Shown here piece after piece: positions 14,250-29,169 of a stretch of 64,000 nt of DNA; position 1 is the stretch's first letter; every line of letters begins with the position of its first letter. This DNA is from Lama guanicoe. Taxonomy: Eukaryota. Under the pieces are notes generated by a model that made no database searches, was not told the origin of the DNA, and saw only the letters and a list, made by a program, of their open reading frames with translations. A program made the translations under genes and the position numbers. The stretch covers positions 6,439,902 through 6,503,901 of the forward strand of contig MU053652.1 of NCBI GenBank assembly GCA_013239625.1. Reading direction: 5' to 3'.

Positions 14250-14630
14250 ATTTTTAGGAGCTGTGTAGTTTCAGGTCTTACATTCAAGTCTTTAATTCAT
14301 TTTTGAGTTAATTTTTGCATATGGTGTAAGATAGTGGTGCAGTTTCATTCTTTCTCATGTGGGTTTCCAGTTTTCTCATCACCATTTATTTAAGGAAATG
14401 TCCTTTCCCCCACTGTATATTTTCAACTCCTTTGTTAATTAATTGACCATATATACATGAGTTTATTTCTGGGTTATTCTGTTCTAGGTGTTTGTTTTCA
14501 ATGCCAATATTGCACTGTTTTTATTACTATAGCTTTGTAATATAGTTTAAAACCAGAGAATGTGATGCTTCTACCTTTCTTGTTTCTCAAGATTGCTTTA
14601 CTTACTGGGAGGTCTTTTGTGGTTCCCAAA
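14250..14630 (-). mobile_element. L1 ORF2 fragment
   Basis: ttcaggtcttacattcaagtctttaattcattttgagttaattttt...ttactatagctttgtaatatag is the reverse complement of L1 ORF2. Confidence 0.8.
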
Positions 14631-14944
14631 AGGTTATGTTTAAAATAGGAAAAAAGATCTATTCTAGTTTTGGACTTTCTAGTAGACTAAAATTTATTTG
14701 AAATTTGTTTACCATTCAGACTGAATTCCATTTCTAATATAACAGAATCTCAGATTATTACCAAAAATTCCTTTGGAGAACATCTTGTCCACTGATACAC
14801 TTCAAATTAATACATCCATTGCCTCTTTATCTTCATAAAAGTTTTACTTCCATTGATGTAAAAATCTGGTGGCTGGTTTCAATTTGTAGTTTTGATAACA
14901 CTACATTTACATCTTTCTTTTTCTAAATATAATGTTATTATTTC

Positions 14945-15075
14945 TTCTTTTAGTAGATGAGAAAGTGAGAATTATAGAAGTAAACAATTTGCTCATGTCA
15001 CATGTTTAGGGAAAGAAATAGATTCAAAAAAAATCTGTATGACACTGAATCCTGTACCTTTTCCAGGACACTATT
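14945..15075 (-). mobile_element. MIR fragment
   Basis: tagatgagaaagtgaga...tttgctcatgtcaca. Confidence 0.5.
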
Positions 15076-16341
15076 TTGCATCACTGCTATGTCTACAAAA
15101 GCAAAACAACTATATAATTATGCTCTCACAAAGATAGTTACTTGCATGCTGTACAAGTATAAATGCTTCATATTTTCAATTAATACTGGTTCAGCAAACA
15201 TTTACTGAGGGTCCACAATGTTCAAGAATTATGCTAATCACAGTAGTTCTGCTTTATGCCTTTGACTAATTTAGAATTCGTTAATGATCAATTTAACTGT
15301 AGAAGTACCAGAATCATAAGACAGTTTGAAAAATTAACTCACTATCCTCAAATAATTTAGTGACTCATTACTTAATGGAATAGCTTACTCAAAAAGGAAA
15401 ATATTACTATGAATAATATGAATCATGGAATAAGATATATGTGTCCCATTTTCCCTAATGATAATTTACAATACTTTAAGTTTTCAAATTCTTTTTGATT
15501 TCTTATTCTGATTAGCTATCCTTTCTGTGAAATAAAATAACAAAAGATGAAACTGAGGCTCAGGGTCATATATGACTTGCTATCAATCAAGATATACTTT
15601 AATGGTTGGCTAACCAGAAGTAAAAGTTCAGGTTCCATGGGTCTCAATCCAATAAAATTTTTACATTTATTCCACAGAAAGAGGATTTCTTAGGGAAATG
15701 GATCATCTTTCTATTAAAATTTCTTTAATGTCCCACAGGCTTTGCTGTTTTATATATATTCATAATTGAACTTGATTCTCACATATAGGTTCAACCTTAC
15801 TATGGTGTCGACGATAAAAACATTTGCAATAAAGAACTTCAAAAAAGAAAAAAAATTTACATCCACCATAGGCATTTCACTTTTCATAAATAACACTTTG
15901 GACAAAAGAATTTATTTAATTTTAGAGATTTCCATCATTCAAAAGTTATGCCCCTATAAATATTTAAACAAAAACAAGAAAGTATAAATATTTCTCTCAA
16001 GTCGTTATCTCCAATGTGTCATAGTGCTTATCAAGAGATAGCTACAACATTGTTTGACTATCACATTATATTTTAATGCAGTTTTCACAGACTTTGATTG
16101 GTATTTTAAATATAATGAATAGTCCTAGAATATTGAGTTCCTGGAATTAAACACCAAGAACAACTATAAAATAGTATTTCTGAGATTTTAATTTTTAAAT
16201 ACTTTGAAGTATGTGGAAAAATTCACTGGTGAGTTTGACTTCTGTTTACAAATTTCTACTGTCATAAATTTCTTTTTTGATGAAGACTTTTGAATATTTT
16301 TGAACATACACAAAAATTAAATTTTATGTGGACTATATGTC

Positions 16342-16655
16342 TTTTTTCACTTTAAATTGTGGTAAGAACACGTAACACAAAATTTATCATCTTAGCCATC
16401 TTTAAGTGTGACAGAACCTTGAAGAGATATTTGTACACGCATAAGCATAGCAACGTTATTCACCATAGCCAAGAGGTAAAAGTAACCCATGTGTCCACTT
16501 ATGGATGAATGAATAAACAAAATGTGTTGTATGCAGACCATAGTATATTATTCAGTGAAAAGAAAAGAAAATTCTACACATGCTACAACATAGTTGAACC
16601 TTGAGGATGTTGTGCTAAATGAAATGTCAGTCACCAAAAGACAAGTACTGCACTT
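16342..16655. mobile_element. L1M 3' end in two opposite orientations (tail on -, ORF2 end on +)
   Basis: 16342-16410 is a reverse-complement L1 tail; 16412-16655 is forward atagcaacgttattcaccatagccaagagg...gacaagtactg. Confidence 0.65.
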
Positions 16656-16879
16656 TTACAGTCAGATTTAATTTAATAATATTATTTGAATGAGAAAAAA
16701 TACACACTTTTCACTGAGTTTGTTTCATATTGTTTGAGAATGTTTTGTTAGTTAAAAATTACAACATTTAGTGTAATGAAGACCTGAGAGGTCAGATATC
16801 AATTTTATACATTAGGGAATATCTGGGTCAGAAATTTAGTATTTTGCCAAACTTTATATATGTAATGACAACTCACTGA

Positions 16880-17080
16880 GAATTTAAAATGGAACAGGGT
16901 ATTTGCCAGATGTTGTATATATCTTATTTAATGCTTACCAGCCTTAATAATTTAACTAGTTTTATTCACTTCAATTTATGCCCGAGAAAACTGAGACTTC
17001 GAAGGTTAAACAATTAGCCTAAGATCAAACAGAAGAGGGTGGGAAGAACATTTGTTTTACTCAAAAACCATGCTCTGCAA
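16880..17080 (-). mobile_element. MIR fragment
   Basis: gagaaaactgagacttcgaaggttaaacaattagcctaagatcaaacag. Confidence 0.6.
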
Positions 17081-17389
17081 GTAGTAAGTTATACTACCTT
17101 CTTCAGCTTATATCTACATCAATGTCTTCTTTTATGTACTCTAACAGTAGTTGAAAATGACACAAGTTTCATTCAACTAGTACACTGTTTAAATAATTGG
17201 ATTTGAGTGTCTTACCCTCCTGAATACCTTATTTTAAATTATCAGGTCATTTAAAAAGAAAAGGACTGTCCACCTTGCAATAATAATAAGTCTTTTATAT
17301 GTGACAAGGTATCATGAGTATAACAGAGGCTAAAACATAGCATTTACCTTTAATCTATTTGAGAAGACAAGATGAATACAAAACTGATA

Positions 17390-17645
17390 ATATTAACAGC
17401 AAACACTTTTAAATCATTTTTTAATTTGCCAGGAATGCATATGCATACATGTGTTCATGTGTACACACAATTATGATTTCATGAAAAACCCAATAAACTA
17501 GGTATTAATAACATCAACTCTGTCTTACACATAAAAAATCAGAGGCACAAAGAGCTTATACAGAAACAGAAAGCTGAAGACCAGGTAGAGCCAGAATTTA
17601 TACTCATAAAATTTGAATCCAGAGGCCTTGTTCTTAATCACTTAG
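17390..17645 (-). mobile_element. MIR fragment
   Basis: aaatcagaggcacaaagag...gagccagaattta...ttgaatccagaggccttgttcttaatcac. Confidence 0.55.
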
Positions 17646-17689
17646 CTAATTATTTCATGGTAAATTACTGTCTGTTTCATATGAAGGAC

Positions 17690-18107
17690 TGTTATGGGTT
17701 AAATGTGTCTACTCCAAATTCATATGTTGAAGTCCTCACCCCCAGTATCTCAGAATGTGACCTTATTTCAAAACAGGATCTTTACGGTGGTACTCAAGTT
17801 AAAACGAAGTTACTATGGTAGACCCTAATCCGATATGACTGATGTCTTTATAAAAAGGGGTATTTTGGACACAGAGACACACACAGAGAGAAGATAATGT
17901 GAACAGAAATAGGAAAATGACCATCAACAAGCAAAGAAGAGAATCCTGAAACAGAGATCCTTCCCTCACAGCCTTCAAAAGGAACCAATCCTTCCAATAC
18001 CTTGATTTTGGATTTCTAGCCTCCAGAACTGTGTGACAACAAATTTTTGTTGTTTAAAGCACCTCGTCTGTGGTTCTTTGTTGTAACAGCTCTAGCAAAC
18101 TAGTATA
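17690..18107 (+). mobile_element. MLT1A/B (MaLR) solo LTR with 5-bp TSD
   Basis: tgttatgggttaaatgtgtc...aaattcatatgttgaagtcct...ctagcaaactagtata; flanked by aggac/agaac. Confidence 0.9.
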
Positions 18108-21100
18108 AGAACCATTACAAAATTTTTTCTAAACATGTAATAGATAACACTGGCTTTGTTAACCACAGTAAGTATCCCAGTTCAATACTTGTTTGTTATT
18201 GCAAGATTAGGACTTTGGTGTATATATTGTGGGGGGAGAATAGAACTATGGTAGCAGTAGGATCAGCAAGGTCATCAGGCACCACCTTAATGGAGTCCTT
18301 ACATAGAAAAGTGAGTCTGTACAGTACTATGTGGTTTGGGCTCTGACACGCTTGAACAACAGTCTTCTATATGTGGGGAGAAGTGATGTTATTAAAGTAG
18401 CAACTGAAAAGTTGACCATAAAAGGTAATTATTGGATTGGCCACACCTGATTTTTTAAAAAATGCTTTTCTTTACTTCAGTCAAGGCATATTCTACTCAC
18501 TTAAACCAAATCTGAGGTAAGACTTCAAGAGTCATTTACTTTATTCAACAGTCACCAAAATCTAGTATAAATCATAACAGTAAGGCGTGGAATCCCTGCT
18601 ATCCATGCACTTCAAATCTCTGCTTACAAACGTTTTCTACGACACAGCACAGGCACGCCACTAAATGAATGCTAACATTCTAAGTTATATTAGAATCACT
18701 GTGGTTGGCTAGAAGTCTTGAAATTTCAAAAGGCTCTCTTGCTCCTTTACTGGAAAGCAAAGAAAACAGGGTTTTTTTCATTTTCTTTCTGAGATATAAA
18801 AAATGAGCAAAATTAAATTACATGATTTATAACAATTGTGGATAATATTAAATATGAAAATGTTTCTTTGGGTAAACTAAAATGTACACATTTTAAAACA
18901 GAAATTGTATTTTAATTGACTAAAATGTGTATTTGAAAATGAGAAGTGGGCTGAGGGTCTTGAATAAAGAAACAATTGAGGAAAACAAAAACAAAACCCT
19001 TTTTCTCTTCCAATAAAGCCCAAAAGGCTACTTACATGCTTCCCCTGGGATGGCTAAATTTAACACTGGTCTTGTCATCATACCAATATTAATTCAAGCA
19101 TTGCTGTAAATCCATTATTATGGGATTCTCAGTTTAAATCTATACAGGACAGGCTTTATTATATACAAAATAATTTGCTTGTTAAAGAAGATCTCATTAG
19201 ATAGCTAGTTTGTGATAAAGTTAAACATTTATTTATAGATCATCTAGTATTTGGCAATGAGACTACATGGAGCAAATCTCCTGGGGTGATTGCTCTGGGG
19301 ATATCAGCAGAAGAGGGGGTGGGTGTGTGTTCAGTGACTCTAAACAAGTGATACTTATTAATTAGTATGTTCATTTGTTATAGTCCAATAATGAATGCCA
19401 TGCCACTACTTCTACACTTTGCTCTATATTGAACAATATTTCACTGATATTAATGCAGGTCTCACATTTCATTTTTTGAAGACTGGCTAAAATAGGTAAC
19501 TTGAGCAAATTCTTTGAAAATTTTGAGAGGCAGATAACAATATTTTCTGAACATGAATGGTTTTGAAAGGAAGATAAGTATACAGAAGAACTGAAGAGAT
19601 CATCTAAAGCTTCTACTGAAATATGGAGTGAGCAAAATGTTCTACAAATCAGGCAAAGGGAAGAGTTAATAGTTTGCTTCTCTTGTAACATCAGCATCTC
19701 ACAATAATAATTGTGAGAACAATATGTACTCTTAAAAATCCGGAAATGGAGGTATTTCCATCACTGCATTCATTCCTTCTTACATCCATCAAATATGTAC
19801 TGGAAAGCTGCTATGTCCTAAATATTCTGCAGGGAACTAGGGTTACAAGGTTGCAAATCTCATGGAGTTTACAGTTTAGTAATCTACCCTTAATATTGAA
19901 AGTATTAAAAGAGGAATTAAAATGGCCCAACTCTCTCCATATAACGTGCTTCATATGCCTCCTGAATGTTACCTGTAATTCTAGTTGTGCCCATAAAAGA
20001 AAAACTGTGGCTGTTTATAGTTTTAGATGAACTTAAGCTCTATCAACCTCTGTCATTTTCCCCTTGCTGGGGAGCTCTTAGGTTTCTGAAGGTTTTATTT
20101 TAAGTTGTCTAATTCTCTCACTGTAGCCATCTGGTTTCTTTAGTCCAGATGCTAAGTCCTCTCATCTTGAATGTTTAGCAATGGAATAGACTGAGTGTTA
20201 ATTTACTCCCTCTTTCATTTACACAAGGATTCATCAGCAAAATGTTTATCCATTTCATATTGCTGTTTCTGTCTTATTATCATTGGATTTTTTGGATTTT
20301 AGAGAACACCTTTTATCCTAGGATTTCTAAACAGACATGACTTTCCACTGTATGTGACAGAGCCAGAAATAGCAGGGAAACTGCACAGAAAATGTATTGC
20401 AGGCCAATGGGAGTAAGCATAGTTCAATTCCTCATAGCACTTCTTATTTTGCTACATAATTATGCAGGGAAACTAAACAAGAGATGAGCCTAAAATCATT
20501 AGACACATGCTATGTAAGAAGAGTGCTTTGCTGAGAGTAAAATGAATCATTGATTAGACTTCCTTTTTTTTTTCCTGAAGTTAACACTAGCTAACATTGT
20601 TTTCTTGTTGTTGTCATTTGAAGGTTTTGGGGTATTTGTTTTCTTAAAGATTTTCTTTCATCTTGTATCAGGACAACCTTTCCCTTGCAAAATCTAAAAG
20701 TAGTGAAACATAAAATATAATTGATATTCATATAATTAAATTAGCCTTTTCCTCAATGAAACCTTCCATTTGGAAACTTCTCATGTTCAGAAATGTTGTT
20801 GTTTGACTTTCATTTATAATTTGTAAAATATGCCTAAAGTGAGGAACAAATGCATCATTATCCTGACAGACAAAAGGTAAGAAAAATAACTGGAAGGAAA
20901 ATATGGTATCACTGGAACTCAACTACTTATTCCATCAAAGCCTTTATCAATTTGCTCAAGAACAGAATTTCAGATAATGTATACAATTCTGCCACAAAAT
21001 GAGGCTGGAAGCCTAATTATATTTGAATATATCCTGTGAGATCTCCCCCATGACTTATTTTCCAGGGCATTTCTGCATTAATTTCTGTTCATTATCCCTC

Positions 21101-22034
21101 TTTCACATAGTTTCACCTGAACACATGGGAGAAAAGTATAATAAAAGAAGAGCAAACGTTCTTAAAAAGTTCTAGGCTTCATACATTTCACTGAGGAACT
21201 GGAATGCACCATAATTGGTAGCCTCTGTAAATATCTGCATTCATCAATTACCCTGCACCTCACAATTGATTAAAAATAGCTCTTTTCACTTTTTAAGACT
21301 TGTTTTGTCAGCTTGTTTGAAACTTATGATTCTAACTGGTATTGCAGAACTCTTTAACCAGTTGATCTTGAATATTACTTTCCTAGGAGAAAAGGTGCAA
21401 CTGTTGTTGATCACTATAAAATGACTATACCTAACAAAATAGACATCAGAATTTGAGTACAGCTCTGGACTCTACATGGCCTTTATATATGTTCAGGATG
21501 ACACCTCTCTGTCCCTTCTGAACATTTTAAAACTAAACTATTTCACTCCTGAGGATCTGTATGCAGAGATTGGGTAATCACGCCAAATACACAAACATAA
21601 GTGTCTAATTCATCAGAAATGCTTCAGTTAAAGCAATGGAAAATAATAAAGGCTAATATAAATAGCTATTGCTAGAAGTACAAACTAACAGCTTCTCATG
21701 GCAGTTACTTTCTAGATTGGAGGTTCATTGCTTGTCAGTCTTCAGAGAGGCTTAAATCAGTATTAAAAATGAAAGAAAAATGAAGGCTCTGTGGCAGGGA
21801 CAGATTCTGGTACTTTTTAAAGGGAATGTGCATGTCATCATTATAACCCATGAATCTGCAAGTTTCTATTGACCCATATCTCCATGACGGGACAAACTGC
21901 CCCATTTTAATAGGAACTTAATTTTAACATATTAGAGATGAAGGATAGTTTAGAAACTGTCTAAACCAGTTTCATAATTTACATATGGAGAATGCAATCT
22001 TCAGAGGCTTATCTAAAAACCATTACTGCAATTT

Positions 22035-22260
22035 ACATAGTGCAGTGACCAAGCACACAGACTCCCAAACCACACTGCTTTAATGCAGATCTTTGCTCTA
22101 CCACTTGATCAACTTTGTCAATCACTCTGTGTCTCATTTCTCTCCATTGTCAAATTGAGATAACAGTACTGGCTCCTAGGGTTCAGAGAATTAAATAAAC
22201 TTTTTATTTAAAAAGCTGAGAGCAGGGTCTGACACATGGTATTTTATATGTCAGTGTTTT
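22035..22260 (+). mobile_element. MIR SINE
   Basis: catagtgcagtgaccaagcacacagactc...ctctgtgtctcatttctctccattgtcaaattgagataacagtac. Confidence 0.65.
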
Positions 22261-22336
22261 GGTCATTGATTTTATATTTAATACCTAAGCTACAGTATTC
22301 CAGCTGAGCCACCTGATTCAGGCTCAGCCAATATTT

Positions 22337-25175
22337 ACTTAACACCCCACTAACATCAATGAACAGATCTTCCAAACAAAAAATCAGAAAAGCAACAGAG
22401 ATTCTAAATGACACAAATAGAACTGTTAGACTTAATTGATATTTTGAAGACATTACCTCCAAAAAAAAAAAAAAGAAAGAAAGAAAAACAGAATACACAT
22501 TCTTTTCAAATGCACATAGAACATTCGCTAGAACTGACCACATACCAGGACACAAAACAAGACTTAACAAATTAAGAGGATGAAATTATTTCAAGCATCT
22601 TTTCAGATCACAAAGATGAAACAAGAAATCAACTGCAGAAAAAGAAACAAGAAAAAACTGACTGCATGGAGACTAAACAACATGTTAATAAAAAAACCAA
22701 TCAGTCAATGATAAATTCAAAGAGGAAATTAAAAAATACCTTGAGACAAATGACAATGAAAACACAACCACGCAAAAATCTATGGGATGCAGCAAAAACA
22801 GTCCTTAGAGGGAACTTTATAGTGATATAAGCCTTCCTCAAAAAACAAGAACAATCGCAAGTAAACAACCTATCCTACCACCTAAAAGAATTAGAAAAGG
22901 AACAAACAAAACCTAAAATCAGCAGAAGGAAAGAAATAATAAAGATTAGAGAGGAAATAAATAAAACAGAAAATAAATGAACAAAACCAAGAGCTGGTTT
23001 TTTTGAAATGGTAAAATAAAATCAACAAAGTTCTCCCCAGGTTCACCAAGAAGAAGAGAGAGAGTACCCAAATAAACAAAATAAGAAATCAAGGAGCAGA
23101 AATAACAACCAATATCATGGATATACAAAAAAAAAAGACAATACTGTATACAATTATGTGCCAACAAACTGGACAACCTAGAAGAAATGGACAAGTTTCT
23201 ATAAATATACAGCCCATCAAAACTGAATCAAGAAGAAATAGACAATTTGAACAGACTGATCACTAGAAGTGAAATAGAATCTGCAATAGAAAAAAAAAAA
23301 AAAAAAACTCCCTGCAAACATAAGTCCAGGACCAGATGGCTTCACTGGGGAATTCCACCAAACCAACAAAGAAGAACTCAAACCAATCATTCGCAAACTC
23401 TTCCAAAAGACTGAAGAGACGAGAACACTCTCAAAGTCATTCTATGAAGCCACCATCACCCTGATGCCAAAACCACAGAAAGACAATACTAAAAAGAAAA
23501 TTGCAGACCAATATCTCTGATGAATTTAGATGCAAAAATTCTCAAGAAAATATTAGCAAACCGAATCCAACAACACATAAAAAAGATTATACACCACGAT
23601 TAAGTTAGTTTCATCCCAGGGTCACAAAGATGGGTCAACATACACAGATCAATGTGATACACCCCATCACAAAATAAAAGACAAAAACCACATGGTCATT
23701 TCAATAGATACAGAAAAAGCATTTGATAAAATTCAACATCCATTCATGACAAAAGCTCTTACCAAAGAGGGTATAGAGGAACTATATCTCAATATAATGA
23801 AAGTTATTTTTGACAAATCCACAGTCAGCATAACACTCAACAGTGAAATGCTGAAAGCCTTCCGGCTAAAATCTAAATAAGACAAAGATGCCCCCTCTCA
23901 TCACTCATATTCATCATAATATTGGAAGTTCTACCCACAGCAATCAGACAAGGAAAATAAATAAAAGAGATCCAAATTGGAAGACAAGAGGTAAACCTGT
24001 CATTATATGTAGATGACATAATATTATATGTAGAAAACCCTAAAGATTATACACAAAAACTACTAGAACTGATAAATGAATTCAACAAGGAAGCAGGATC
24101 CGAGATTAACATACAAAACCCTGTTGTATTTCTTTACACTAACAATAAAATACCAGGAAGGGAAAGTTTAAAAAAAAAAACTTTTAAAATCAAAAATGAA
24201 ATACTTTGGAGTAAACCTGAACAAGGAGGTGAAAGATTTATACACTGAGTACTATAAAACACTGAAAAAGTAAACTGAAAATGATTCCAAGAAATGGACA
24301 GATACTCCATGCTCTTGAATTGGAAGAATTAATATTGTTAAAATGGCCATACTACCCAAAGTAATATACAGATTTAATGTGATTCCTATCAAATTACCCA
24401 GAATATTTTTCACTGAACTAGAAATAATCCTAAAATTTATTTGAAACCACAAAAGACCCAGAACGGATAGAGCAACACTGAAGAAAATTTAAAAAAAAAA
24501 AAAAACCTGGAGGAATAACCTTCCCAGACCTCAGACAATACCACAGAGCTACAGTAACCAAAACAAGATGGTAATCACACAAAAACAGACATACGTATTA
24601 ATGGAACATCTACCGTCAATTAATCTTTGACAAAGGAGGCAAGAATATACAATAGAGAAAAGAGAGCCTCTTCCGCAAGTGGTGTTGAGAAAGCTGGACA
24701 GTTGCATGTCAATCTGTGAAGTTAGAACACACCCTCACAGCATACACAAAAATAAACTCAAAATGGCTTAAAGATTTAAATATAAGACAGGGCACTATAA
24801 AACTCCTAGAAGGGGACATAGGCAAAACATTCTCTGAACCATAAACCAAAGCAATTCTCTTAGGTCATTCCCCTAAGGCAAATAAAAGCAAGTCTAAACA
24901 AATGGAATCTAAGCAAACTTGTAAGCTTCTGCACAGCAGGGAAATTATAAACAAAATGAAAAGACCATCTACAGAAAGGGAGAAAATATTTGCAGATGAT
25001 GCTTCAACAAGGGCTTAATTTCCAAAATATAAAAATAGCTCATACAATTCAATAGCAAAAAAACCCAAAAACCCAATCAAAAAATGAGCAGAAGACCTAA
25101 CCTAGACAGACATTTCTCCAAAGAAGAAATACAGATGGCCAATAGGCACATGAAAAAAGAAATGTTCAACATTAC
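22337..25175 (+). mobile_element. L1 ORF2 pseudogene (EN tail and RT), truncated at both ends
   Basis: [10 protein letters not shown] at about 23325, ISIDTEKAFDKIQHPFM (ORF 23692), SLYVDDIILYVENP at about 24000; frameshifts and stops; no 3' UTR or polyA. Confidence 0.95.
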
Positions 25176-25369
25176 TGGGGACCAAACAAAGACCAGCGCT
25201 GCTTTTCCTCCCTTGGAACAGCCCACCTCCCATGCTTGGAGGTGTACTCCCCTTTGTTAATAAATCTTATTAAATCTTTTGCTACACACCACTTTGTCTC
25301 CCATCTTATTTCTTCTCTTTCAGGTATGACAAGAACTAGAGTCTTTTCCCTTCCCCTTTTAGGGTAACA
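25176..25369 (+). mobile_element. 3' part of an ERV LTR fused directly to the L1
   Basis: gtgtactc...AATAAA (25259-25264)...gacaagaac...ggtaaCA end. Confidence 0.6.
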
Positions 25370-26599
25370 GTAGCATTTTCACATTTTATTTTATGTATAA
25401 TTTCTCCCTGAGGGTTCAAATTAAATAATGAAAACAAATTTTGTATTTAAGGTTTGTGGATTATACATATCTGGTCACCTTTAATGGAAAATCTAGTTAG
25501 TATATAAATGGGCAGCGCCACAGCTTTGTGGTTAGTCTGGACATAAGGAAACAATTCTTATTTTTGCAGAATCACTACCTGACACAGCATGATTGATCTA
25601 CTACTTTAATTTATCAAGGAGAGGAACCTGATGTTTGATACTCAAGTGAGGTAGTCATATGGCTGTTCATTCCTTAATTAAGATTTTCCTTAAGGATTTC
25701 TTTGAATAGTTGATATAGGCTCATATGCAGAGCTCCTGGAAATAAAATGAATGTATGAAAAATAATATTTGCATTAAATTGGTGATGCATTTGTTTTTGT
25801 TTTTGTGTAGTTCTGCCATAGTCAGGGAAAAGGTACTTCTCCCTACTTTGACAAATTTATCTTTTGGCTCCCCTTTCCATTAATATTTATTAGGCTTTTT
25901 ATATGTGCCATCAAGGAATAAACACTTCCAGATAAGTAGCAATAAAAAATATAAGACTGTCTCTATTTTCTTCCTGATATATGACCCTAAACAAGTTATA
26001 CAAAAGAATTTTTCCAAAAATCTTCAACATATTTGATTCAATCTATTCCAATTTCTAATTACATATATTTACTGTTTGCTTCTTATTTTTTTTTTCCTGG
26101 AATGTCTTTGCATTTCTGCATATTCTAAGTTCAGTTAGAGACACAGATGTTTCAGCAAGTTTTTTCAGCTGCTGTATCTATTTATCTCCTCTTCATATTC
26201 TTAAAGTCCAGGCCATACAGAGAAAGGTAGATCTGTATCTGTTCTTGTATCCTTAATTATTTTTGATATATGTTTGTTATTTCCCTCCAATCAGATAATA
26301 AGTTTCTTGCGGATAGGTATTATGTCTTGTGTCTTGTGTATCATCAAAATGTAGAGCCCAATATTTGTGATCTACTATAAGCCTGAGGAACACATATGTT
26401 GATGTTACGTTTAAAAATTTTAGTAGCAGTGTCCTCAAAATTGAGATTTTGATGGTTATTTTTAGCAAAGTTCTATATAATCAAAATCTGTATTCCAGTT
26501 GTTAACTGACTGACTAAATAACTCCTCACGCTCTGTCCTCAATATTTTGGTGAATATAATGGTGATAAGAAAGAGAACACAGTGCCTACAGTAGATTAT

Positions 26600-27095
26600 T
26601 GTGTTAGATATTTTCTAATTCTCACTATGGAGCCACTCTCTACCATTTCTTACAATTTAATACGCCTCAAGGCGCTGACTTATTTGGCCTGCATCAACTA
26701 GGCTTCATGTCCTGTAGATTCCGCGGTAGTTTTAGCTAAAATAAGAGAGAGGGGAAGGCGGAAGTCAGAGTATATTTGCCCTTATTTCCTTTCCTGATAG
26801 ACTTAAATTGGAAGTGGCTGCTTTTCTCTCCCTAAGGCCACAGTTCCTTTAAAGAGTCAGATGGTCCTTTTAACAGCTTTAGTTCTCCCGGCATTCTGGA
26901 AGCCTATCCCTCCCTCAGTGTCTTTGGGACTAGGAGTGGTAAACCCTCTCAGCTCTTGCTACCTTTGGGTTGTTTCTGTTGATGCTTTCTCATAATCCTA
27001 CTCTCATCTTTGTAAATATAGTTGTCCTTTCATTACAGTCCTCTCAGCTGCTCTAGTTGTGCTCCCTTTTTCCTTTGGGGACCCTAAATTATACA
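26600..27095 (+). mobile_element. LTR33-like (ERVL) solo LTR
   Basis: ccactctctaccatttct...gctgacttatttggcctgcatcaac...ctaaggccacagttcc...tttgtaaatatagttgtccttt...gggaccctaaattataca. Confidence 0.65.
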
Positions 27096-29169
27096 ATGTT
27101 TAAAGTAAAGGATGAAAAAGATGATTGCAGTTTACCTCTTTAATGCTTAGTCTTACCTAAGTTTCTTTTCAGAGAAAACATCTGTACTTGGTATCAATAA
27201 AATACTACTTATGGTAAGGTTTATAGTTGGTGATGCTTAAATAAATGTATTTTATGCAATGTCACTCCCAAGGAGGGAAAACTCAGCTCAGGTTGACCTT
27301 CTGGAGAATTAGATGAATTAGGAAAAAAACCCAACATATTGGCAAGAAAGCAATGACATTTTTCCAGCTTCTAAAATAGGCATTGTGTTCTCTGCTTTCT
27401 TAAGCCTATAAGACAGCTAACTGAAAAGATCTCAAAGTGACTTGACAAAATGTTGGAAGCACCATATGAAAGAGTCTGGTTGACATCATGTCATGTTAAC
27501 TTTATCTCTGCAAAGTCAGATGTTCTTATTATCCTCTAGTTGATGTAAGAAGATTAACGTGCTGCATGACAGATGGTTTTTAAAAGTACACACCATTCCA
27601 TCTGGTCCCATGTGGAAAAATGAAAGTCACCCACAACTTTTCATCTAAAAATTGCAGTGAGAGGATACTTAAAAGTGAACTTTAACACTTCACAGAGGAA
27701 TTCCACAATATTCCAGTGATGGTTGATTCCAGTTATTCCCCCATTATAAATATCTGTGCTATCTGGCACCCTGGATAAACCCAAACTTTGACATAGGAAA
27801 AGATAAACTTGGAAAGTTCCAGAACCATTTTATGGTAGTGACCACACTGCTCCCTTCCAATTTTGATAACCTTTCATTCAGATTATCAAAGGTTCCAATC
27901 ATTAATCTATTTTGTTGTACAGATGTTAGAAAATATTCAGTGCCTTCTTTTACTGAGTGTTTTCACTTATAGACAGAGCCTGTAAACAAAGAAACAAAAT
28001 TCTATTGCATTTCAGTTCCTAACAAATCAGGGTAGTGCAGCATTACAAATCCAGAGGACTTCTTAGTGTGTTGTATTTCCCCAAATATACAAAGTTCCTA
28101 TTTATATAGATTCAGTGTTCAAAATTTTAAAAACATTAGGTTGATTCACACCTGTAGCACATGCAAAAATGTAATTAAATGTCATCGGTATTTATACGAT
28201 CTTGCATTAAGGAGAGACTATTCCTTAATAATAGATGGTAGGGTTTAAGTTTTATGATAAAGGATAATCAGGTGGGACTGGAAATCATATGGATAATTGG
28301 ATGCAACGTATGTATGATTTTTATATAAGATGGGAACAGTTATTCATCATCAGAACATTTCCACACTTTAATTCAAAATTTTTTTATAATTATGAAATAG
28401 AAGGGGTGGTAGTATGAACCTAACATTAATAAGATAGATTCATAGTAATATAACATAAGGTTTATAATAATTAACAACTAATGATTAATAATCAACATTT
28501 ATATAGTCTAAATTTCATAGTTACAGTCACATACACTACATATGTTAATACGTGTGTAATGTATGTGTGAATCAGTTGATGTGACATATAATTTTTTACA
28601 ATAATGTTAAATGACATTGCATCAAGTAATTAATAATGCATTATTAAGTACTCAATTAATTCAACTGAATCTTTTTATTCTAATTGGGAAAGAAAAGAAA
28701 GATTATGATTCTTTTATTATTTACCTATTCTGTACTGTTTCTACATTGAGTACTGTTGTGAAAAATATGCATAAGATTTTCCCTAAGACAGTTTTTTTGG
28801 ATGTCTTAGAATATGCTTATCTGTGATATTCAACTATTGTTATATTGTTAGAAATCACAATTTTAATTAATTGTTTAAACAGACTGAACGTTAATTGGAT
28901 TTCTGGCAGGTGATATTTATGCAATTTAGAAAACAGAATTATTAGTCACATAGCTTATTGGAGATATACTGTCATGGAAACACAGATTTCTTTGCTATTT
29001 ATTTCTTCTTTTATCCTTTCTTCCCTTCCTTCAAAACCATGTGAACTGCCAAATCTGTGCCAAGTACTGGACTACTAATACAATACATAAATGGTTTTGA
29101 AATACAGGATTCATCCCTTCAAATGCATATACTCTAATGGCAGGGCAAAGAAACATATATAAGTTAAAA

